Source: Mustelus asterias
Taxonomy: Eukaryota
DNA length: 64,000 nucleotides
Assembly (NCBI RefSeq): GCF_964213995.1
Contig: NC_135828.1
Span: 30,628,001-30,692,000 of the forward strand
Reading direction: 5' to 3'
Below, piece after piece: positions 23,241 to 37,000 of this stretch. The position numbers and the translations under genes were made by a program. Positions within the stretch are counted from its first letter, which is position 1; the number at the start of each line of letters is the position of its first letter. The notes under the pieces are model-generated. The model saw only the letters and a list, made by a program, of their open reading frames with translations, was not told the DNA's origin and did not search any database.

Positions 23241-23749
23241 GCCCTGGCTCGCTTACTGTGATTGACAGCTCAGAATGCCAGCTCAACACTGCCCTCTATG
23301 CTTGACACCCAAGCCTCCTGCCTCCATGAGACAGTCCTGCCCTTCAGGCGCTAATTGACAGACCAAACCACATTCTCTCATCCACCAGCCGGACCGAAAA
23401 ATTTAAAACCAGTTTTCCACTCTCTGAATGACAGCTCTGATGCCCCCCAGCCTTTCCACCAAAATCCAGAAGCTTCACTTCGACTTACTTGCTGCGATTG
23501 ATTCTCACTCGAGTATTCACATTTTCGCTGTCCTTTCTCCGCCAATAATTGCTCTGCTCTGTCTTGCTTTCAGTTCTTCAGCACGAATGAGCTGCCGAGA
23601 CAATTAATTTGTGGGGTGTGCTGCATATATTGGATTTGCTTCCGCATGATAATACAATATTGAAGCGTCAACTAATGCAGTTTTAAATGTTTATAACACA
23701 TGACGGATGATGGAAAAAAATGGTGACAACGTCCAGAGTACAGGAAGAT

Positions 23750-26585
23750 AAGAACGAGAAGCAGGCATCGGCAATGCAGCCCCTCGACCCTGGTCTGGCA
23801 TTTAATGCGATCTTGGCTGTTCTTGGACGTCAGTGTGATCTGCACCTTACAGAATATGCAACAAGGGGAAATATCCGCTCTACATCTGCCGTGTCAATAC
23901 CCTTTAGTAACGTATATAACGTAATTAGAACTCGTCTCATTCTTCTAAACTCCAGCCAGTGTAGGCCTAAACTGCGCAATCCCCTTTCAATAGACAAGTC
24001 ATTTATTGCTGGAATCAATCGAGTGAACCTCATATGAACCGCCTCTAATGCATTTCTGCCCTTCCTTACATAACGCCATCCAAAATACGTACAGTACAGA
24101 AGTCACAGTGCGCGATTCAGTTGCGAAATCGCTTCTTTACTTTTATAGTGCATTCCATTAAGAATTAATGTTAAAAATGTATTTACCTTACTTAGTGGCT
24201 TCTACACCTGCATATGAACTTTCTAGGATTCATGCATGAGGACACCCAGATCTCTCTGCACTGAAAATGAATAAGTTGTCTTCCATTTAGGTACTAAGTG
24301 CTTTTACATTCCTTGGACAAATGCAAATAATTTCCCAATCATCCGAATTGAATTCCACCTGCCAAATATTGTCCCACTCACCCAACCTATCCATACCCAC
24401 TTATAAATTCCTGATTTCCACATTGCACCTTTGTTTCCCACTTATTTGAGTGCCATCTGCAAATTTGGATACAGTACAGTATATTGCTGTGTCCGAGTGA
24501 TTAACATCGTCCGTAAGTAGTTGGGGCCTTTGAGATAGCCAGGAAGGACCTGAAGAGAGAGCTAAGAAGAGGTAGGAGGGGATATGAGAAGTATTTGGCA
24601 GGTAGGATCAAGGAAAACCCTAAAGCTTTCTATAGGTATGTCAGGAATAAAAGATTGACTGGGGTAAGATTAAGGCCAGTCAAGGACGGTAGTGGGAAGT
24701 TGTGCGTGGAGTGCGAAGAGATAGGAGAGGTGCTAAATGAATATTTTCCGTCAGTATTCACACAGGAAAAAGACAATGTTGTCGAAGAGAATACTGAGAT
24801 ACAAGCTATTAGACTAGACGGGATTGAGATTCATAAGGAGGAGGTGTTAGCAATTCTGGAAAGTGCGAAAATAGATAAGTCCCCTGGGCCGGATGGGATT
24901 TATCCTAGGATTCTCTGGGAAGCTAGGGAGGAGATTGCAGAGCCTTTGGCTTTGTTCTTTATGTCGTCATTGTCTACAGGAATAGTGCCAGAAGACTGGA
25001 GGATAGCAAATGTTGTCCCCTTGTTCAAGAAGGGGAGTAGAGACGACCCTGGTAATTATAGACCAGTGAGCCTTACTTCTGTTGTGGGCAAAGTTTTGGA
25101 AAGGATTATAAGAGATAGGATTTATAATCATCTTGAAAGGAACAATTTGATTAGGGATAGTCAATACGGTTTTGTGAAGGGTAGGTCGTGCCTCACAAAC
25201 CTTATTGAGTTCTTTGAGAAGGTGACCAAAGAGGTGGATGAGGGTAAAGCAGTTGATGTGGTGTATATGGATTTCAGTAAAGCGTTTGATAAGGTTCCCC
25301 ACGGTAGGCTATTGCCGAAAATACGGAGGCATGGGATTGAGGGTGACTTTGCGGTTTGGATCAGAAATTGACTAGCTGTAAGAAAACAGAGGGTGATGGT
25401 TGATGGGAAATGTTCATCCTGGAGTTCAGTTACTAGTGGTGTACCGCAAGGATCTGTTTTGTGGCCAGTGCTGTTTGTCATTTTTATAAATGACCTGGAT
25501 GAGGGCGTAGAAGGATGGATTCGTAAATTTGCGGATGACACTAAAGTCGGTGGAGTTGTGGACAGTGTGGAAGGATGTTGCAGGTTACAGAAGGACATAG
25601 ATAAGCTGCAGAGCTGGGCTGAGAGGTGGCAAATGGAGAATAATGCGGAAAAGTGTGAGGTGATTCACTTTGGAAGGAGTAACAAGAATACAGAGTACTG
25701 GGCTAATGGTAAGATACTTGGTAGTGTGGATGAGCAGAGAGATCTCGGTGTCCATGTGCATAGATCCCTGAAAGTTGGCACCCAGGTTGATAGGGTTTTT
25801 AAGAAGGCGTACAGTGTGTTCGCTTTTATTGGTAGAGGGATTGAGTTTCGGAGCCACGATATCATGTTGCAGCTGTACAAAACTCTGGTGCGGCCGCACT
25901 TGGAGTATTGCGTGCAGTTCTGGTCGCCGCATTATAGGAAGGATGTGGAAGCATTGGAAAGGGTGCAGAGGAGATTTACCAGGATGTTGCCTGGTATGGT
26001 GGGAAGGTCTAATGAGGAAAGGCTGAGTTACTTGAGGCTGTTTTCGTTAGAGAGAAGAAGGTTAAGAGGTGACTTAATAGAGACATACAAGGTGATCAGA
26101 GGATTAGATAGGGTGGACAGTGAGAGCCTTTTTCCTCGGATGGTGATGGCTAACACGAGGGGACATAGCTTTAAATTGAGGGTGATAGATATAAGACAGA
26201 TGTCAGAGGTAGGTTCTTTACTCAGGGCGTGGAATGTCCTGCCTGCAGCAGTAGTGGACTCGTCAACATTAAGGACGTTTAAAGGGTCATTGCATAAATA
26301 CATGTGGATGATATTGGAATAGTGTACGTTAGATGGGCTTTAGATTGGTTTCAATGATCGGCGCAACATCGAGGGCCGAAGGGCCTATACTGCGCTGTAA
26401 TGTTCTATGTTCTAACTGCGGCGCACCACGAGTGACATATTGCCACTTAAACAAGGACCCGTTTATCCACACTCGCTGCTTTCTTTCGGTTGTCAAATCC
26501 TCTATCCAAGCTAATATTTAGTCTCAGCCCCATGCGATCTTACCTTGTGTCTTAATCTTTTGTGCAGCACCTTATCAAACGCCAT
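23750..26585. mobile_element. Old minus-strand CR1 (23750-24530, 26414-26585) split by a plus-strand CR1 (24531-26413)
   Basis: ORF 23830-24033 is a degenerate CR1 C-terminus. ORFs 24595-25371 and 25393-26322 are CR1 RT with one stop, ending in a tgttcta tail. Confidence 0.88.
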
Positions 26586-29190
26586 GTGGGCTGAGGGAAT
26601 GGTTTACTGTCGCAGACGCAATCGAGAGAAAGCCGCTGTAGTGACGGAGCTCCATCTTGCAGTCATTGATGTACTGAGCTCACTTACACGTGGACGTGAA
26701 ACTTCGCCTCACTCCAATTTTGGGAGTGCCTCTGTAAATAATTGCCCTAGAAAGAATAGTGGTTAAACCTTTTCGTGCATATGTCTGAAAGGCTTATTTG
26801 ACCATTTCACAGGATAATTAATAGTCTTAGGCACTAAGGTAAGGGTGGCAGACGTCCAATCAAAAGAAGATCAGCGAATAATAGGACTTTTGGATCAATT
26901 AACTAGCTTTGTGGCAATGATTATGATAATTAATATTGCAATCCATCAATAGTTTCATGGAATTTAACTTCCATTGCAGCGTGCTGCATTTTAATGAATA
27001 CCTTGGGGTAATTTCTCCAGTTCTCCGGATTCGTACTATGACTACTGTGCTTCAAGAATTACAGTTCTATCCAGGAATTGAAGGATTACCATGTCCACCA
27101 TTATCAATTTCTTTGCAAAACACATCAAAACGAAACCTCGACAAGCGAAAAGACTGTTTGCAGTACCTTGTGAAACCGCAGAAAGGGAGCAGGTGTCCCA
27201 GAGTTGATGGTATCGGGACAGGTGTCTCGAATTTTCAGGAAGTGAACCTTGTTGTGGCATTAAACTCTTACGTATGGCGAGTTTAGTACCATTTGTATCG
27301 TGGTTTGGCTGCTATAGTGCAGCACACCTTCCGCGCCCTCCGCCCCTACCCCCCCCCCCCCGCCCCCCGCCAGTGCATACTCACAAAGCGTCCTCTCCAA
27401 AGCATGCGTCCAAGGGAGACAACGATTTTCAGTATGCAATGTACTCCTTCGCTCTTCATGTCTTCGATTACTCGGTGATGGGGTTGGGGAGGGGGGAGGG
27501 GGGGTGGGGGGCGCGGTGACATATCGCTCTTATAATTGGGTTAGTAATCCACAGAACAATGTTATTTCTCTGTGCATCCATGTTCGATTCCCAGCACAAC
27601 AAATGATTAAATTTGAATCCAACAAAAATCCGGCATTTTATGTCTAAAAAGCCCACATGGTTTGGTAATGTTGTTTAATTAAGGATCTATTCTGACCTAC
27701 ACGTGCCTCCAGACCCTCTGAAACGTAGCAACACTCAATTGAAGGATAATTAGAAATAGGAGATATTTCGTGAGCCAGCCAATGACGGCCACATCCCATA
27801 AAATAATGAATTTGTAGAAATGTTGTTCTTTTAATCATCTTTAATTTCCACGTCTGCAACATCAATGCTCTGTCAGTATAACATCTAATCTGAAGTTAAA
27901 AGTTTAATGGCGAACATAAAATTTACATGGATTGTCCTGAAAAAACTAAGTGACCTACATGTAAATTTAGATCCACAGCAATGTGGTTTATATTTAATGC
28001 CCTCTAAAATGGTCTGCGACGTCATTCAGTTCAACGACAATTAGGGATAGGCACAGCCAGCGTCAACCTATATTTCAGGACTGAAACAAAGCACTCTAAT
28101 TGATTTCCCTGGGTGAGTCCGGATTATATTTGACTGTCAAAACGTATTCCGACGTCAAATGTCTGTCCCGCCTCCTTAACACGTCCCATTTACAGCGTCA
28201 TCTTTGTTCATTCTCCTTTACACATTCTGCCATTCCAACATCGGCGGCAAACTTCCAGCAGACGCAAGTGCGCCACACGTCGGTGAACAGCTGAATCTAG
28301 GCGTTTTTCGCTGCTTCTCTCCAGGGGCAACAGGGTTGATCTTCGCCAGAAACAAGATGCTGCCCTGAAGCCTAAATGACGTTCTGCCTACCACACAATG
28401 TAATTAGTATTCATTGCAGGTGTGGTACGAGGTGTATGGGCTCGATGTTCCAAAGACTGGCAGCTGGTGTCAAATGACGAGTCCCTTCGGCTGTGGGCAA
28501 CTCGCAAAAGACTGACAGTATCCAGCCAGCCGATGCTTTCGAGATTCAAAACGCAGTGTTCAACATTAAATTTGCTTCCGCGTTTGGGTAACATTCGCTC
28601 AACAATGGTTAGCGTGGTAAGAATTATACTGAACGAGATTTCAGATGGTCAGACGGTTTCACCGTGTGCAGCACTTGCTCCGTGTCTAATTAATACACAG
28701 GACCCTGCTCTGTGCAGAAAACGCAGACATGTATATGCATTGCCCAATTGTCGACTATAAATAGGTGACAGCCATGCTCCCATGGCAACACCCTGACTAT
28801 TTTGAGTCCAAGTGCTACTACACTTGAATTTCAACAGAGTTTGGTATTTAATTGTCCGTCATCAGCTAACTTTCACTTTCTCCAGGGGAATGCCTCTGTA
28901 CCAATCCGAATCAATTTGCTAACCAATCAACATTAAGTGTTTATGAAGTTTTAATTATTGTTCTTTTTAAATTTGGAAATCTTGTAATTGCAAGATGAGT
29001 GCCAGACGAGAAGCTTCCAGGTGTCTATTTTCTAGTGATAGTCAAATTCCGTAACATCGAGCGACCGCCACCTTCTGTTCAAATCTTTCTCTTCTTCTTG
29101 GGAAAAGTACTGCCTTCCTGCAAAACGCTCTCAAAAAGGACGAGGTAACGCACGATTTGGTGTGCAACAAGTGTTTTGCTGCCACATTCG

Positions 29191-29229
29191 GGTTTCTGAT
29201 ATACGGTTGCATCTTTCTGAGTCACTGTG
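29191..29229 (-). other. 23-RSS of V segment 2
   Basis: CACAGTG (29229-29223), 23 nt, TCAGAAACC (29199-29191). Confidence 0.9.
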
Positions 29230-29671
29230 AAGAATCCAGGTGCAGAAGTATACGGCTGTCATCCGCCTGCAGGCTGGAGGAAGTCAGATTGAATACAGTG
29301 TCACTCGGTCTATCTGCCTTAAACCTGTCCACCTTTACATTCGAATTTCCGTTCTGTATTGATAGGGAGTAAAACATCAGCTGCGGCTGCTTCCCTGGAT
29401 ATTGCCTGTACCAGTACATGTAAGGGTTACTCGTGCCCTCCACATTGCACCTCATGTTGGCTGACTCCCCCAGAAATCTGGAGAGGGCTTTGGGAGTCTG
29501 ATAGCCTGGGCGTTCACTTCTGGCAATGAGATGGGGAGAGGAGAAGATCAGTAAACAGGGATATTCTGAAAATTAAATCGAAAGACGGTAAAGTAACGTA
29601 AAGCAACAATGTATTTTTTTTCAAAATCCCTTACCGTGAAGCAGAGTTAAAAGAGCCAGGAACAAATGCAT
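29230..29671 (-). pseudogene. TCR V-beta pseudogene, TRBV30-like (leader 29635-29671, V exon 29230-29519)
   Basis: Leader MHLFLALLTLLH then gtaagg, 115-bp intron. V exon reads EVNAQAI/QTPKALSRFLGESANMRCNVEGTSNPYMYWYRQYPGKQPQLMFYS...FKADRPSDTVFNLTSSSLQADD/AVYFCTWIL, with frameshifts near 29500 and 29257. Confidence 0.9.
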
Positions 29672-30872
29672 TTTTCTACATGTACTATCCTACTAAAAGA
29701 GGTAGCGAGATCAGGAGCATTGAGTACTCTGAGGTGAAAACACTGCCGCTTTTAAAATAATTCAGGAAACATGAGAAGAATTGACTGTATTGTTGGACTT
29801 GCCTTTTTAGTTGAAGCAACCAACCTGAATCTATTTGGTTGCCAGTAGCCATGCCTGTCTCAATTGCATGGCGTTGGGATCCGCAACAAGGGCAGCTGTT
29901 GTTCTATATTCCAGTTGAATTTCCTTACGTTTCAGAACTGGCCAATTATTCACAGATTCACAGAATTGCTGTGCAGATCGGGGCCTTTTGGCCTTTCGCG
30001 TCCGCAGCGGCTCTCTAAACGAGGATCATGATTTAATGTCATTCCTGCGATGTCCATGTCCCTGGCTGGGTGATCATTTCTTGCCCATCTCTAATAGGAC
30101 TTGAACTGGGTGACCTGCTTGACCATTTCAGAGGTCATTCCAGAGTCGCCCTCATTGATGCAGAGTGGAGTCTCATGAACGCCAGGTCAGGTTTGGCAGC
30201 AGATTTAGTCCTCGAATGGGAGGCAGTGAAACATACAGATTTTTTACAACAAAATTTCAGATATTCTATTGTGTTCAAATTCACCTGCAGCGTTGCAACT
30301 CGAACTCGATCCCCAGCGTATTGTCACGTGTCTCTGGATTACTAGCCAAGTGAAAAAAGACATTGCGCCACCACCTTCACTACGCTAAGTGCATCGAACC
30401 ACAGTGGCATGAGACAGGACAGGGGTCTCAAGCAAGTGGAAAATTATCCATTTGACACTTGCTACTATCTGCACACTGAGATGGTTCAGGCTCAGCTTTG
30501 GACCGCTGATAACAAGGAGACCTATAACTCTATTCATTAGCTGGTGAACCTAAACATTATCCAAAGATTCAGACAGCAGCTAATCCATTACACTGCGGAT
30601 ACACACTCCATCAGTTGGAAGACGATTCATCCCTGATGTGTTTGCAGCTGCCCTCAATATCAGTGAATGGAGCGAGCACCTTTTTTCTGTAAATAACCAA
30701 CCCGTTGATTACAAATATCGGGCGAGAGCATAGGAGCCATAATTGCAATAGAAGGCTTTTTTCTGCTAACACCCAACTTCAGCAAATCGTCAGCTTTTGG
30801 TAACTAATGTCTCTTTATTCTTCGACCAATATGATTCGTTGTCACCTCTTTTGAATGTTTTCTTTAACAAGG

Positions 30873-30986
30873 GGGAGGTGATGGCCTAGTGGTATTATCG
30901 ATAGACTATTAACACAGAAACTCAGTGAATGTTCTGGGGACTCGGGTTCGAATCCCACCACGGCAGAAGGTGGAATTTGAATTCAA
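30873..30986 (+). mobile_element. 5' part of a second tRNA-derived SINE family
   Basis: tggcctagtgg (A box) and gggttcgaatcc (B box), followed by ggaatttgaattcaat. Related decayed pieces at ~27540-27680, 27940-28070 and 49440-49750. Confidence 0.6.
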
Positions 30987-30987
30987 T

Positions 30988-31428
30988 TATGGAGGGTCTT
31001 AACTATGAGGAGAGATTGGGTAGACTGGGGTTGTTCTCCTTGGAAAGACGGAGAATGAGGGGAGATCTAATAGAGGTATATAAGATTATGAAGGGTATAG
31101 ATAGAGTGAACAGTGGGAAGCTTTTTCCCAGGTCGGAGGTGACGATCACGAGGGGTCACGGGCTCAAGCTGAGAGGGGCGAGGTATAACTCAGACATCAG
31201 AGGGACGTTTTTTACACAGAGGGTGGTGGGGGCCTGGAATGCGCTGCCAAGTAGGGTGATGGAGGCAGGCACGCTGACATCGTTTAAGACTTACCTGGAT
31301 AGTCACATGAGCAGCCTGGGAATGGAGGGATACAAACGATTGGTCTAGTTGGACCAAGGAGCGGCACAGGCTTGGAGGGCCGAAGGGCCTGTTTCCTGTG
31401 CTGTACTGTTCTTTGTTCTTTGTTCTTT
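30988..31428 (+). mobile_element. Young CR1 3' fragment
   Basis: Nearly identical to 59723-60164; (tgttctt)n tail. Confidence 0.9.
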
Positions 31429-32280
31429 ATGATTATTACACGTTTTGCAATTGCTATTGAAGGATCAAAGAACACAGAACAAAGAACAGTATAGCACTGG
31501 AATAGGCATTTCGGCCCTCCAAGCCTGTGCCGATCATGATTTCTGCCCAAACTAAAACTGTATGCACTTACAGAGTCTGTATCCTTCCCTTCCTATCCTA
31601 TTCACGTAGTCGTCTCGGTGCCCCATAAATGCCGCTATCATACCTGCTCCCAAAACCTCCCCGGGCAGCGCGTTCCAGACATTAACCACCATCTGTGTAA
31701 AAAACATCTCCTCTAAACTTTTCCCAACGCACCTTTAACCTATGTCCCCTGGTTATTGACTTTTCGGCCCGAGGAAAGAGCATCTGACTATCCACTCTGT
31801 CGATGCCACTCATAACCTTTTAAACCCATATCAGGTTGCCCATCAACTTCCGTCCTTCCAGTGAGAACAAACCGAGTTTACCCAGCCTCTCCTCATAGCT
31901 AATACCGTGCACACCAGGCAGCACCCTGGTAAACCTCTTCTGTGTTTTCTCCAAATAAGCCACATCCCCCTGGTATTGTGGCGACCACAATTGCACATAA
32001 TATTCTAAATCAGGTAAATGAGGCCAAACTAAGATTCTGTACAGCTGCAGCATGACCTGCCAATTTTTATACTCAGTGCCCAAACCAATGAAGTCAACCG
32101 TGTCGTGTGCCTTTCTGATGACCTTATCCACCTGCGTTGCCACTTACAGTGATCGGTGGACATGTGCGCCCAGATCTTGCTGCCTGTCAATTATACTATT
32201 CGTTCTTCCATTTACTGTGAAATTCCTACATGCATTGGACCTTTCAAAACGCATTACCTCACATTTGTCCGGATAGACTC

Positions 32281-32907
32281 TGAAGTGGGGAAAATATACA
32301 GATGAGTACACTTTAAAAAATGACTGCCTGGCACATAAACAGTCACCTGGGAAAGAGACATTAAACAGGCACTGACGTTTAGTACAGACAGCCACCTGAG
32401 ATTAAAACATAAAGGACAGGCAGCTATTTAAAGTTAAATATGCAGGAATCAGATCCTGCAGGAAGCCAGCCAGGGCTTGAGACACCCTTTAGGATAAGGA
32501 CAATAAAGTTGGGTAAAGAGATTAGCTACAGGTGGGATCGGGAATACATAAATGCAGGAAAGCCAATTATTATATGAATGAGCCGAAACTAAAACCATTG
32601 ATGGTCACTATCGTAGGAAATGTATCCATTCATAGAACAATGCGATGTTAACATGCCAGTCATAACCTGTCTGTATATGTCTATGACGATGTGTTAACGA
32701 TCGATCACCTACTTGATTACAACGATGTGATAATGGCTAGATGTCCGGTCCATCTATGTGTAAAGGGTACAAAGATGGACCGCTCCTATTGTCTCATTGA
32801 GAGAAGGTTTGCTACTTGTTAGTGCCTTGTCTCCACGAAGCCTCGTTAAAAAAAAAAACTGTATTCTTGAAATCGTCAAGCCTGACTCAGGTACATTTCC
32901 CACAACA
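32281..32907. mobile_element. Solo LTR (627 bp)
   Basis: TG...CA ends, imperfect terminal inverted repeat (tgaagtggggaaat / atttcccacaaca), 5-bp TSD gactc at 32276-32280 and 32908-32912, interrupting a colinear CR1. Confidence 0.8.
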
Positions 32908-33193
32908 GACTCCATCTGGCATTTCTCCGCCCAAATCTCCAACCGGTCCACATATTGCTGCACCTTCTGACAATCCTCTTCACTATCTGCAGCTATATGG
33001 GTTTTTGTGTCGTTTGCGAACGTACAAGTCAGACCAGCTACATTTTCGTCAAAATAATTTATGTGGAATACTGCTAGTCACAGCCTTCCATTCAGAAACG
33101 CACCCGTCTCCTGCTACCCTTTGTATTATGTGCCCAAGCCAGTTCTGCATCCATCTTGCCAGTTCTGCCCTGATCCGGTGCGACTTTACCTTT

Positions 33194-33526
33194 CATAGAA
33201 ACCCTACAGTGCAGAAGAAGGCCATTCGGCCCATCGAGTCTGCACCGATCACAATCCCACCCAGGCCCTACTCCCACATATTTTACCCGCTAATCCCTCT
33301 AACCGACACATCCCAGGACTCAAAGGGGCAATTTTTTAACCTGGCCAATCAACCTAACCCGCACATCTTTGGACTGTGGGAGGAAACCGGAGCACCCGGA
33401 GGAAACCCACGCAGACACGAGGAGAATGTGCAAACTCCACACAGACAGTGACCCGAGCCGGGAATCGAACCCGGGACCCTGGAGCTATGAAGCAGCAGTG
33501 CTAACCACTGTGCTACCGTGCCGCCC
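33194..33526 (-). mobile_element. Full-length HE1 SINE
   Basis: Minus strand starts gggcggcacggtagcacagtggttagc; B box gggttcgattccc; V-SINE core. Confidence 0.9.
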
Positions 33527-33816
33527 TAAATTAAACGTCCTTCAGCGTATCCATCAATCTGCAAATTAAAGCAAGGCTCCGCCGCTTTCATACCAGTCTA
33601 CCAGGAGGTACCTTGTCAAAGGCTTTACTGAAGTCCATGCACGCAAAATCCACTGCCTTTCCCTCATCTAACACCTTCGTCACTTCCTCAAAAAGCTCAT
33701 TCAAGTTCGTGAGGCAGGACCTCCCCTTCATAAAACCATGGTCTTTACCAAGAATAAGTCCATTTGTTTCCAAATGTGAGTACAGAATGTCTCTAAGAAT
33801 CTTTTCAAATAATTGA

Positions 33817-34164
33817 GGGCAGCACGGTAGCACAGTGGTTAGCACGGCTGCTTCACAGCTCCAGGGACCTGGGTTCGATTCCCAGCTGGGGTTACTGTCT
33901 GTGTGGAGTTTGTACATTCTTCCCGTGTCTGTGTGGGTTTCCTCCACGTGCTTCGGTTTCCTCCCACAGTCCAAAGATGTGCGGGTTAGGTTGATTGGCC
34001 ATGCTAAAATTGCCCCTTCGTGTCCTGAGATGCGTAGGTTAGAGGGATTAGCAGGTAAATGTGTAGGGATATGGGGGTAGGGCCTGGGTGGGATTGTGGT
34101 CGGTGCAGAATCGATGTGCCAAATGCCCTCTTTCTGCACTGTTGGGTCTCTATGATTTCTATGA
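33817..34164 (+). mobile_element. Full-length HE1 SINE
   Basis: gggcagcacggtagcacagtggttagc...gggttcgattccc...tctatgatttctatga. Confidence 0.9.
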
Positions 34165-34414
34165 TTTTCCCGACCACTGACGTAAGACTCACCGGTCTAT
34201 AGTCAGTATTTGTTCCTTATTCGTAAGGCAGAAGTGTTATCGGGTGTGTGATGCTGAAGGGTTACCGATGAGCCTGGTCAATGTTTATGGCTTTCGCGAT
34301 ACTTATTTCTTTATTCTTGTCCGGGAAATGTTTAGTCCTTATTTAACACGAATGAAACATACATTTGCCTGATTCGGCACGTGTGATTTTTTTCCCCCCA
34401 CATATTCAATATTT

Positions 34415-34585
34415 AAATACTGACTGCCCTTCAAATTAAGTACACGATTGGATGCTCTCTCTTGCCTATTCCAATACATGGTGTAGGAGCTCTTGTTCGC
34501 TCCCTCCAAACTGCAAATGAGACCGAGATTCTCTCCCTCTGCAAAGGCAGCCTCGGCCGGGAGGCAGTGGATGCAGATGCATCCC
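34415..34585 (-). pseudogene. Truncated V-segment relic (FR1-CDR1-FR2), same family as V segment 4
   Basis: Acceptor ctatttcaag, then GDASA/IHCLPAEAAFAEGENLGLICSLEGANKSSYTMYWNRQE/PIVYLI. Frameshifted, with no FR3, RSS or clear leader. Confidence 0.68.
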
Positions 34586-35024
34586 CTTGAAATAGGTACA
34601 ACGAAAAATGAAATGCCGAGACAACTAGAATGATCCAACACAGAGGGCACTCAGCCCATCGTGAAAATGCCAGCACTTCACAGGATTATCTAATCTTGAC
34701 TCTTCCCGCTATCTGTGTAAAGATACATCTCCATTTGCTATCCACCCACCCCCATTAAACCAATCAAAATTTGCTCCCATGTATTCACAAATGGACGGTA
34801 CTCCACTTCTTTTAATTTTCCAAAGCATATTTCGATGCTTAATTCTGACAACAGCTCCAATGGCCCGTCTATTCGGTGAAACAATATGAAGAACAATTGA
34901 GATGTGAGTCCCCTCTCCCTCGTTATGAGGGACTTGGAGAGTTAATGAGGCATAACCTGCTAGCAAGCAAATTTTCCCTCCCAGCGGAAGTCTCACAATA
35001 TGGAAGCGAGCTGCACTTGGAGAA

Positions 35025-36100
35025 ACATAGAAACATAGAAAGCTACAGCACAAAACAGGCCCTTCGGCCCCACAAGTTGTGCCGAACATATCCCTACCTT
35101 TTAGGCCTACCTATAACCCTCCATCCTATTAAGTCCCATGTACTCATCCAGGAGTCTCTTAAAAGACCCTATTGAGTTTGCCTCCACCACCACTGACGGC
35201 AGCCGATCCCACTTGCCCACCACCCTCTGTGTGAAAACCTTCCCCCTAACGTTTCCCCTGTACCTACCCCCAGCACCTTAAACCTGTGTCCTCTCGTAGC
35301 AGCCATTTCCACCCTGGGACAAAGCATCTGAGTGTCTAGCCGATCCATGCCTCTCAACCTCTTATATACCTCTATTAGGTCTCCTCTCATCCTACGTCTC
35401 TCCAAGGAGAAAAGACCGAGCTCCCTCCGCCTATCATCATAAGGCATGCCACTCAATCCAGGCAACATCCTTGTAAATTTCCTCTGCACCCTTTCAATCT
35501 TTTCCACATCCTTCCTGTAATGAGGCGATCAGAACTGAGCACAATACTCCACGTGGGGTCTGACGAGGGTCTTAAATAGCTGCATCATTATCCCGGATTC
35601 CTTAAATAAATCCCTCGATTGATCAAGACCAGTACACCATACGTCTTCTTAACCACCTCCTCCACCTGCGGGGCCGATTTTAGAGTCCTATGGACCCGGA
35701 CCCCAGGGTCCTTCTGATCCTCTACCGTACTAAGAGTCTTTCCCTTTATATTGTACTCCTTCATCCCATTTGACCTGCCAAAATGGACCACCACGCATTT
35801 ATCTGCTTTGAAGTCCATCTGCCACTTCTTCGCCCAGTCGTGCACCCTATCTATGTCCCTCTGTAACTTCTGACGTCCCTCCAGACTATCCACAACCCCA
35901 CCAACCTTCCTGTCGTCGGCAAACGTACCAACCCATCCCTCCACTTCCTCATCCAGATCATTTATGAAAATGACAAACAGCAAGGGTCCCTGAACAGATC
36001 CCTGGGGCAAACCAATGGTGACCGACCTCCAATTAGAAAAAGACCCATCTATACCCACTCCTCTGCCTCCTTTGGGCAAGCCAGTTCTGGATCGATGAAC
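35025..36100 (-). mobile_element. CR1 3' fragment
   Basis: ORFs 35588-36136 (GLPQGSV, TFADD) and 35169-35507; tail at 35025-35045. Confidence 0.9.
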
Positions 36101-36429
36101 CAGTAGTGTGCTAAGCCAGGTCAATAGATTGAGCAAATGAGAAGTATTTCATTTTTTCGTACTGTGTGCATTCGCAAATGTGATGATGCAATACAAACGG
36201 CGAGCTCTAATTTCGAAATTAAACAGTGTTGTGCCAATGAAAACAGTCATTAGCAATGGTTATATCTCAAACTCAAATGTCACTCTGAGGAAATAAAGGA
36301 CCCTGACAGCCCGTTGGGCGATGTTGGACTCTTCCCGTGTATAAAGTAGCAATTGATTTACCTACGTTATTGTAATGGTTGCACTTGAAATATTAGAAAT
36401 CATAGAAGAAAGAGAATCGAAAGGCGGAA

Positions 36430-37000
36430 TTGCACTTCATAACAACAAAAATCACTGATGTTACTCTGGACATTTATCAAATCCTTAATTCGCCGCAGCT
36501 ATAGATTTGCAACCACTTTGATCAGAACATTTTAGGAAGTGTGCGGGTGTCCTTCTGAGTTTGGAAAGGATAATTACCGGAATGGTAAGAGTACTGAGGG
36601 AATTCAGCAAAAAGAATAGTTTCGAGAAATTGGATATTTTCTACTTAGATGAAAATCAGTTGAGGACAGATTGCATGCAGGTATGCAACACAATGTTAGG
36701 CTTAAATAAGGTACGCAATAAAAGCTGTCATCCTCAGTTACTGTGCACGGAAAAGGGGACAAACATTTGCAATTAAACGAGTCATACAGGAAGGATATGA
36801 GGGATCTATTGTTTATGCAGCAAGTGCTGAGGACTTGGAGCTCCTCGTCGATGAGGGAGGTGGAAGCGACGAACATGAGCAACTTTTTTAATGGAAGTAA
36901 AATTTCAGGGGAAATCAATTTGCAGAGCTTACGGATATGAACGGGGGGGGGAGGACTTTGACTGTCTTGCTCTAATTAAGCCGATATTGCCTCGATGGTC
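36430..37000 (+). mobile_element. Highly decayed CR1 3' end
   Basis: ORF 36561-36776 retains traces of ER..ITGM..L...LEKL.IF.L....LR.D. Confidence 0.55.

Larger units (their letters stand above)
31465..34205 (-). mobile_element. Old CR1 fragment hosting a solo LTR and two HE1 SINEs
   Basis: RT motifs in ORFs 31820-32143, 32144-32395 (PDKCEVMRF), 32754-32963 (RLEIWAEKCQME) and 33588-33810 (MDFSKAFDKVP). Confidence 0.82.

Noticed and set aside
26602-26640. RSS-like gtttactgt-23-cgctgta
   Set aside because: The heptamer lacks the essential CAC and the adjacent sequence is not V-like.
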